From NCBI GenBank assembly GCA_016179055.1, contig JACOSC010000071.1:947-64946 (forward strand): a stretch of DNA of 64,000 nucleotides, written 5' to 3'. Shown in pieces: positions 58,148 to 64,000 of the stretch. Every line of letters begins with the position of its first letter. Position 1 is the first letter of the stretch. A model generated the notes under the pieces. It was not told the DNA's origin. It ran no database searches and worked only from the letters and a program-made list of their open reading frames with translations. Source of the DNA: Acidobacteriota bacterium. Lineage in GTDB: Bacteria > Acidobacteriota > UBA6911 > JACOSC01. Position numbers and translations under genes: made by a program.

Positions 58148-58585
58148 CTAAGGACGCCTCCTTTTTGTCAAGCGCGACGGCCGGCGCGGCGGAACTAAAA
58201 AATAGAGCAGGATGATGGCGATGGTTAAAAGAGTGGTAGGCACAGCAATCCAAATCATCGGCACGTCAATATAAATCAAGCGCTCGCCATAGTGCGGGAT
58301 AAAGCCGCCCAGGTAAGTCAGCGCCGGATCGTGATGGGCTCGGAGCCATTTTTCAAGATCCGTCAATGGGCAGTTCCGCCCTGACCACTCTAGGCTCACG
58401 ACGATAACTATACCAGCCATATGAATTGTTCGCAGCCAGAAGGAGCCAATGATGCGCCAACCCCGCCACCATCCCATGAGAATGATCAAGAAGCCGATGA
58501 TCACAAAGGTCACCCATAGGACGTGCAGTGCCACAACGAAATCAGCCAGTAATCGGTAGATCATAGTCCTATACGGTGACACCAT
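58148..58585 (-). CDS. DUF2784-like small membrane protein
   Basis: The internal ATG 58585 gives MVSPYRTMIYRLLADFVVALHVLWVTFVIIGFL.. with 4 hydrophobic segments. The upstream part of the track ORF (GTG 58729) is low complexity. Confidence 0.65.
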   Translation of the reverse strand: MVSPYRTMIYRLLADFVVALHVLWVTFVIIGFLIILMGWWRGWRIIGSFWLRTIHMAGIVIVVSLEWSGRNCPLTDLEKWLRAHHDPALTYLGGFIPHYGERLIYIDVPMIWIAVPTTLLTIAIILLYFLVPPRRPSRLTKRRRP

Positions 58586-58725
58586 GATTTGTTGTCGGAG
58601 TCTTAGCCGGTTATTCCACGTCGGCGCCGGCGCTGCGCTGGGATAAGGCGAGAGTGAAGAGAAGTGCGAAGATCGTATCCGCTCATTTTTCTTTTCTCTA
58701 TTCTCACGGCGGCTTCCGCGCAAAG

Positions 58726-60096
58726 TCACGGTAATTCAGCCAGCCGGACCGTTTCCAGGTGGGGATTGTCGCAGGCCCGCCGGCCCACTTTCGCCATGGG
58801 GTACCAGCGGCCGTTAACTTTGACTCGAACAATGTCCGCGGTAAAGTCCGTGTTGGTTCCACAGTGGTCGCAGTTAGACAAGAGATAAGTTCCTACCCCA
58901 TATATGTCCACGGGTGTGTTCAGCTCTTCGAATCGTTGGATCTTTTCCGGATTAAATCCGCCGCTCACCACAATCTTGATTTCTCGGCAGTACGTTTTGG
59001 CGAGACCAATAAATTCAAAGGGCAAGTCCCATCCTTCGTAGGCGGTGTCGAGAGCCTGGCGAACTACCATCACCAAACGGGGATTTACACCGCAGTCCAA
59101 TTTCTTGTCGCCGATCGGCGGCAAGCTGATGTCCCGTACATTCCCGGAAGTGTCTAGCCGCACCGCGAAAAGCTTGAACCGCTTGGCTTCTTCGTGCCGA
59201 TTGGACATGACCAACTCGGCGTATTTAAGAAACAAGCGTTGGGCGGACTGCAACGAATCGCCGACGGAATCGTTCTTAAAATCCACCAGGGCGATGCGAG
59301 GGATTTCCGGTGGGCGTGTCGCGGCAAACGCCATCATGGCTTCCGCCGTGTCGCCGAGAAAGCAAGCAATGGCGGCGTGGGCCACCGTGCCGCCACCGGC
59401 GCCTCCCCACCAATCCCCCTGCGCATCCGTGGAAACAAACGATCCCAGCGATTGACCGTAAGTATGGTTGAACAACTCTACGGCGATCCGGTAGGCGTAG
59501 CCGTCCGCGGCTTGGACCTCATGGGCGTCAAATCGCGCTGGGAAGAACAGGACCGGCTTACCGCGCGCGGCGCGCAAGACCTCGTAGACATTGGTCGCCA
59601 CGCGCGTGCCGCGCGAAAGCGCCCCAAGCACCGGCGTTTCCAACATAGCAAAATCAACGTAACGGCCTCGCACTTTGAGCACCGGAAAAACGCGCGTGGT
59701 TTCGCCTTCGTAAGGGGCCTGTACACCGTCATGCACCGCCTCAACTTCGATGGTATCGGCCTTGTTAATGAACTGCCCGTTCTGGTCGAAATACCCGGAG
59801 CACAATTTTAGAATGGCTAATGCCTTATCCACGCCGGCCACGACGGCAAAAGGCCGCCGCCGCGTAAAAAACTGCATTTCGACCTCACTATTGCCGACAT
59901 CCATCTGAGACAAGTCCACCTCGACATCCGACAGGTCCGGGCATTTTCCGCCAAAGCGATAGCCTTGATTGGCCAAGTCCGAAAGGATTGCCACAATATT
60001 GCTGAAATACTTATCCGAGTACCAACCGGAGCACATGCGCGGGCCATCCAGCTTAAAGCCGGTGGTCGGCAGCCGCTTCTTATCAAATACGCTCAT
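58726..60096 (-). CDS. pncB: Nicotinate phosphoribosyltransferase family protein
   Basis: 456 aa. Type II PRTase-like stretches (MLETPVLGALSRGTRVATN, VRLDTSG, VVSGGFNPEKI). Lies in an operon with pncA, nadE and nadD. Confidence 0.7.
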   Translation of the reverse strand: MSVFDKKRLPTTGFKLDGPRMCSGWYSDKYFSNIVAILSDLANQGYRFGGKCPDLSDVEVDLSQMDVGNSEVEMQFFTRRRPFAVVAGVDKALAILKLCSGYFDQNGQFINKADTIEVEAVHDGVQAPYEGETTRVFPVLKVRGRYVDFAMLETPVLGALSRGTRVATNVYEVLRAARGKPVLFFPARFDAHEVQAADGYAYRIAVELFNHTYGQSLGSFVSTDAQGDWWGGAGGGTVAHAAIACFLGDTAEAMMAFAATRPPEIPRIALVDFKNDSVGDSLQSAQRLFLKYAELVMSNRHEEAKRFKLFAVRLDTSGNVRDISLPPIGDKKLDCGVNPRLVMVVRQALDTAYEGWDLPFEFIGLAKTYCREIKIVVSGGFNPEKIQRFEELNTPVDIYGVGTYLLSNCDHCGTNTDFTADIVRVKVNGRWYPMAKVGRRACDNPHLETVRLAELP

Positions 60097-60235
60097 TAGC
60101 CCTCTTGCACTTTATGATTGTCTTGTCATTTCGTTCACGATCAATAGACTTTTCAACTCCAGCGACTCGCTGTGGCCTTCACAGCGCATCTAGGAAATGT
60201 TTTTTCGTAACTGTTCCGGGGGTGTCTGCACTGAT

Positions 60236-60310
60236 ACAGAACCGGAGCGGTAGCGACCGGGTCTATGCATCAGAAGCCTCGTACCCGGTCGCTACCGCTC
60301 CCGGTTCTGT
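60236..60310. repeat. 27-bp-arm hairpin repeat (acagaaccggagcggtagcgac family)
   Basis: acagaaccggagcggtagcgaccgggt pairs with acccggtcgctaccgctcccggttctgt. Lies in the nadD-pncB spacer. Confidence 0.75.
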
Positions 60311-60438
60311 ATCGACTGGCTGCCCAAAGGCGCGGGTGGTTGAGCGCAGCGATACCATCCGTTTTTCGATCGGTGACAGGTGGTGTCGCGGCGCTCGGCC
60401 GTCGGCTAATGGCTTGACCGGGCAAGCTGAATAGTTGC

Positions 60439-61026
60439 TTACCTTTTATAAAGGCCATGGCGCTCGATGTAAGCGATGACGCCCGTGGGGATAAGCCCTC
60501 CCAAGTTCTTTCCTTTTGCAATCAGGTCGCGCACGGTGGAACTGGATACATCGGTTTGATAATTGGAGTGCACCACGCGCATGCCGTTCGGCAAAGGGTC
60601 AGGTAGTTGGCAACCCAATCGAGGCAAGACCAGGAATGGTGTGGACGCCAGCAGTTCCAGGCCGCGCTGCCAACTCGGGATCTGTTCGATCAAGTCGGCG
60701 CCAATGATGACTAAGAAAGTATGATCGGAATGTCGTCTCTGAAGTTCTTCGACTAAATCGATCGTAGTGGACGGAGTGTCGGGCTTATCCAGCTCGGTCG
60801 TGTCGATACGCACCGGCGCGCCGGCTCCAAAGTTCTCCGCCCGCATAATCTCAACCATCCTCCGGCGATGTTCCGCCGAGGCCATGGTTTGCTTGAAACG
60901 ATGACGGCCGGTAGGCGCCAGCCAGACTTCATCAACCCATACGGAGTTGATCACCGCGGTGATGTTCAAGATATGCCCGATATGAGGCGGATCAAACGAT
61001 CCACCAAACAACCCAATTGCTTTCAT
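60439..61026 (-). CDS. nadD: Nicotinate-nucleotide adenylyltransferase
   Basis: MKAIGLFGGSFDPPHIGH (HxGH nucleotidyltransferase motif). Confidence 0.85.
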   Translation of the reverse strand: MKAIGLFGGSFDPPHIGHILNITAVINSVWVDEVWLAPTGRHRFKQTMASAEHRRRMVEIMRAENFGAGAPVRIDTTELDKPDTPSTTIDLVEELQRRHSDHTFLVIIGADLIEQIPSWQRGLELLASTPFLVLPRLGCQLPDPLPNGMRVVHSNYQTDVSSSTVRDLIAKGKNLGGLIPTGVIAYIERHGLYKR

Positions 61027-61077
61027 CGTAGTATTGCAGCGGACTTCCGTTTCCCCTCTGAAAATAAACACGGCGAA

Positions 61078-61205
61078 ACAGAACCGGGAGCGGTAGCGAC
61101 TGGGTGAAAAACGGCCTTGGCCTACCCGGCTCGGTCACCCGCCCGCTACCGCAGGCGGTTCTGTTTTCATTCTTCGTGGCGCCCCAAACGGGGCATGAAC
61201 AACTC
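61078..61205. repeat. Composite hairpin repeat of the same families as 60236-60310 and 47662-47740
   Basis: acagaaccgggagcggtagcg pairs with cgctaccgcaggcggttctgt, followed by the ttttcattcttcgtggcgccccaaacggggcatgaacaactc unit. Lies in the nadE-nadD spacer. Confidence 0.75.
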
Positions 61206-61215
61206 TCTTGTTCCT

Positions 61216-62880
61216 TCAAGTGGACTCCGGTCGCCCCTGTCTCCAACTGTATTTTTGCGCGATGGGCATACGGCGGCCCACGCCAAAGGCCTTTGAGGTG
61301 ATGCGCAACCCGGGCGCCGCCTGTTTGCGTTTGTATTCGTTGGCATCGACGCGTCGTATGACATCTTCGACCATCGTACGGGCGTAGCCGGCGGCCACGA
61401 TGTCGCCAATGCTTTTTAATTCTTCAATGTACATCCTTAGTATTCCATCAAGAATGTCGTAGGGGGGTAAGCTGTCCTGATCGCACTGGTTCGGACGCAG
61501 CTCGGCGGACGGCGGCTTGGTGAGGCTGGCCTGGGGAATCAGCTCGCCGTTTCGATTGACGTAGCGCGCCAATTGATAGACCATGGTTTTGGGAACATCT
61601 GAAATGACCGCCAGCCCCCCGGACATATCGCCGTAAAGCGTGCAGTAGCCGGTGGCCAACTCGGACTTGTTCCCGGTGCTGAGCACCAAATAGCCAAACT
61701 TGTTGGAGAGCGCCATCAGCAGCGTGCCGCGTATACGCGCTTGCAGATTCTCTTCCGTAACGTCCTCCCCGCGGCCGCTGAACGCGGGTCGCAAAGTATT
61801 TTTATAGCTTTGGAAGATTTCGGTGACGGGGAGGGTCAGGCACTCAACGCCCAGATTCTTGGCTAGGACGGCGGCATCGGCCGTGCTGCCCGGCGACGAG
61901 TAGGGCGAAGGCATGGCTACTGCCAGCACGTTTTCCGATCCCAACGCCGCTACCGCCAGCGCCGCGGTCAGCGCCGAGTCAATTCCTCCGGAGACGCCTA
62001 AGACAACTTTGCGGAAACCGCACTTGCGTACGTAGTCGCGTAGGCCCAGCACCAGCGCCTTATACACGTCTTCCAATTCATGAATGCTCGCATCGGGAAT
62101 CGTCTTGGTGAGTCGGGCTGTGTCGATAATCACCAAATCTTCGGCGAAACGTTCGGCGTGGGCGATAAGTTGCGCTTGATCATTGAGCGCGACACTGCCG
62201 CCGTCAAAAATGATGTCGTCATTGCCGCCCACCTGATTTATGTAAAGCAAAGGTAATCGGAATTTCCGCGCGGTATGTTTGAGCATACGCCATTTGAGAT
62301 TTTGTCTTCCGATGGCGAAGGGAGAAGCTGAGAGATTAATCAGCAAATTTGCTCCGCCTTGCGCCAGGGTTTCCACGGGATCGCTCGGATAAAGCGGCTC
62401 CGGCCAAAAATCCCGGTCATTCCACATGTCCTCGCAGATGGTAATCCCCAGCCGATAATCCTGAAAGTCAAAAACGGAAATGGCGGCGGCGGGCTCGAAA
62501 TAGCGCGCTTCATCAAAGACGTCGTAGGTAGGCAGAAGCGACTTGTGCTGAATGAATACCACACGACCCTGATGGAGCAAGGCGGCGGCATCAAACACGC
62601 GCTTTCCCTTTTTCATGTGGTTGCGATCAACAAAACCGACCAGCATCGCCGGCGTGGTTACCGTCTGCCGCGCCAGCTCGTCGAGGGCTTTAAGGTTGCT
62701 TTCAATAAACGCATCAATGTCAAGCAGGTCTTTGGGGGGATAGCCCACGAGCGATAGCTCGGGAAACACGATAAGATCGGCACCGTGTCGACCGGCCTCC
62801 GTCGCATAGTCGCTCATCTTGGCCACGTTGCCGAGTATGTCCCCAACGGTGGGATTGATCTGGCCCATGGCAATCTTCAT
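61216..62880 (-). CDS. nadE: Glutamine-dependent NAD+ synthetase (nitrilase-like domain + NAD synthase domain)
   Basis: N-terminal CN-hydrolase part (MKIAMGQINPTVGD, ICEDMW) and C-terminal SGGIDS PP-loop. Confidence 0.9.
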   Translation of the reverse strand: MKIAMGQINPTVGDILGNVAKMSDYATEAGRHGADLIVFPELSLVGYPPKDLLDIDAFIESNLKALDELARQTVTTPAMLVGFVDRNHMKKGKRVFDAAALLHQGRVVFIQHKSLLPTYDVFDEARYFEPAAAISVFDFQDYRLGITICEDMWNDRDFWPEPLYPSDPVETLAQGGANLLINLSASPFAIGRQNLKWRMLKHTARKFRLPLLYINQVGGNDDIIFDGGSVALNDQAQLIAHAERFAEDLVIIDTARLTKTIPDASIHELEDVYKALVLGLRDYVRKCGFRKVVLGVSGGIDSALTAALAVAALGSENVLAVAMPSPYSSPGSTADAAVLAKNLGVECLTLPVTEIFQSYKNTLRPAFSGRGEDVTEENLQARIRGTLLMALSNKFGYLVLSTGNKSELATGYCTLYGDMSGGLAVISDVPKTMVYQLARYVNRNGELIPQASLTKPPSAELRPNQCDQDSLPPYDILDGILRMYIEELKSIGDIVAAGYARTMVEDVIRRVDANEYKRKQAAPGLRITSKAFGVGRRMPIAQKYSWRQGRPEST

Positions 62881-62952
62881 TGGCCGCTCCTATGGTTGGC
62901 ATGCCTACTTTGCGAGGCGACGGGTTTATTGCAGGGAATCGCTCTCGAGCGC

Positions 62953-63594
62953 CTAGTCGTCGCCACCCGCCAATTCCTCGGCGGATGTAGCTCCGATAAT
63001 TTCCGCGGTCTTTATCAGTTGCGCGCCACGCGCTACCATCGCTTGCACGGCTTGTTGGCCGCTTTCAGGATTTACCGGACGAATCGCGTCTTCAACTAAC
63101 CGGACCCGGTAACCTCGATCCAGCAAACCGGTCACCGCCGCTTTCACACAATAATCCGTGGCGACTCCGTACACGACAGCGTCTCGGCAAGCCTCATGGG
63201 ATAATATCAAATCGGCATTGGGATTGCTAAAGAGGTCGAAGGCCTGCTTTTCAAATATCAACCCTTTTTTTTCTCGAAGGGCCTCCACAACATTTTGCGA
63301 AAGCAGCGAATGACTGGGAATGCCGGTCATGCCTCCTGGGATAATCGTCTCGGGAATTTTCTGTTGGCCCAAGGTGCCTTTGATACAATGCGGGGGGAAC
63401 TGAGCAAATTCCGGGTCCTGCAGATCGTGCGCATCGCAGGAGGCAAATATGCGCACGGCGGGATGGCAGGCCGCATAGGCGGAAAGTCCGGCCAGGTTTC
63501 TTCGAATGGACTCGGCGCCAGGCACATACAACCTGCCATCGAGCTGCATGAAGTCCACCTGAGTGTCAATGTCAAAGAATATTTGCGGCCGCAT
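62953..63594 (-). CDS. pncA: Nicotinamidase/isochorismatase-family hydrolase
   Basis: FFDIDTQVDF (Asp), ATDYCVKAAV (Cys). AAGGAG RBS. Confidence 0.75.
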   Translation of the reverse strand: MRPQIFFDIDTQVDFMQLDGRLYVPGAESIRRNLAGLSAYAACHPAVRIFASCDAHDLQDPEFAQFPPHCIKGTLGQQKIPETIIPGGMTGIPSHSLLSQNVVEALREKKGLIFEKQAFDLFSNPNADLILSHEACRDAVVYGVATDYCVKAAVTGLLDRGYRVRLVEDAIRPVNPESGQQAVQAMVARGAQLIKTAEIIGATSAEELAGGDD

Positions 63595-63629
63595 GGTGAG
63601 GCTCCTTCACTTAGTGTAAATCGGACACT

Positions 63630-63659
63630 ATTATAATGATCGTCGTTTGAGGTTGTCAA
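63630..63659 (-). promoter_or_regulatory. Consensus sigma70-type promoter of the pncA-nadE-nadD-pncB operon
   Basis: The minus strand reads TTGACA, 18 nt, TATAAT (63659-63654 and 63635-63630), about 35 nt upstream of ATG 63594. Confidence 0.65.
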
Positions 63660-63732
63660 GGCGCAAGCATCGTTGCTGAGATTCGATCATAAGCCAATCA
63701 GACGATATCGGAGCCGGCCCCGCACGGGGGCT

Positions 63733-63772
63733 CTGGAGTTTGGACATTGGCCACAGCCCTGCGCCATCCTCT
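63733..63772. repeat. Truncated copy (left end only) of the long-palindrome element
   Basis: ctggagtttggacattggcc.. matches the left ends at 53828 and 57587. Similarity stops at about 63772, where the IS630-like sequence begins. Confidence 0.55.
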
Positions 63773-63802
63773 AGTGTAGTGTCCCGTAAATAGCTAGACA
63801 TA

Positions 63803-64000
63803 TCACTCTTCCCGTTTACGGCGGGAGGGCTGCGTGCAACCCGGCTGGATGGACTCCAGTTTCGCCCTGGCTCGCTCGATCTTTCGCAGGATGTCTTCCA
63901 ACTGGGCCGTCCAGACAAACGGCTGCGGATCGGCATTCCAGGCGGCCAGAAAGTCTTCGATCGCCTGCCCCAAAGCCGGTACGCTGAAAAAAGCGCCGCG
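63803..64000 (-). mobile_element. IS630-family transposase gene, 3' end (continues beyond the window)
   Basis: The minus-strand frame, not listed in the ORF track, reads RGAFFSVPALGQAIEDFLAAWNADPQPFVWTAQLEDILRKIERARAKLESIQPGCTQPSRRKREE-stop. The ..L..AI..F....N....PF.WT.....IL.K...... pattern is the typical C-terminus of IS630-family transposases. Confidence 0.65.

Noticed and set aside
1-64000. Search by eye for tRNA, rRNA, tmRNA, RNase P, SRP RNA and riboswitch signatures in all spacers longer than 150 nt.
   Set aside because: I recognised no cloverleaf-compatible or conserved-core motif (for example GAGGAAAGUCC, or a tRNA T-loop GTTCGAATC context). Absence cannot be guaranteed without tRNAscan or Infernal.

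Overview
This is a 64-kb chromosomal window. I saw no rRNA, tRNA or CRISPR array by eye. It holds about 40 intact protein-coding genes and at least five disrupted genes, and the intergenic spacers carry an unusually dense load of hairpin or MITE-type repeats. The taxon cannot be proven from the sequence. The gene content (OprO/P-type porin, LolA-like carriers, DUF1302-like barrel, sigma54 control, many WD40/TPR/PD40 repeat proteins, RqcH, CarD) suggests a diderm soil bacterium, possibly Acidobacteriota-like, but that is a guess.

Layout:
(1) 144-6701: a 2185-aa repeat giant (hydrolase remnant, LGFP, BACON-like, 28 WD40 blades).
(2) 6.8-14.2 kb: a decayed or unknown block holding a DUF2085 pseudogene, small secreted proteins, two propeller gene fragments and a four-gene zinc-ribbon membrane-protein operon.
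(3) 14.4-19.4 kb: a TPR-CHAT protease, ECF-like sigma and anti-sigma operon, with the protease gene split by a frameshift.
(4) 19.5-26 kb: a lower-GC block with a lipoprotein, a DUF4388 protein and a membrane Ser/Thr kinase-like protein with a GFG instead of DFG motif.
(5) 26.6-38.5 kb: a sensor kinase and NtrC-type regulator, a textbook sigma54 promoter, a Tat-exported type II molybdopterin (DMSO-reductase family) alpha-beta-delta-gamma enzyme with an unusual 2x haem c + haem b gamma fusion, and an anion-type porin.
(6) 39.8-46.3 kb: an operon of ArsR, RND exporter, LolA-like protein, beta-barrel, SQR and DsrE.
(7) carD, a BNR/sortilin-like protein, a LolA-like protein, an M23 peptidase, an aminotransferase and rqcH.
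(8) 58.1-63.6 kb: a pncA-nadE-nadD-pncB NAD salvage operon.
(9) The 3' end of an IS630-family transposase at the window edge.

Best candidates for something new are the sigma54-controlled Mo-enzyme locus of unassignable substrate and the CRISPR-independent TPR-CHAT/sigma/anti-sigma module. At the DNA level the most solid observations are a MITE with perfect 8-bp target duplications and long palindromic elements flanked by a 21-nt duplicated hairpin. All domain calls come from motifs read in the supplied translations; no database search was possible.
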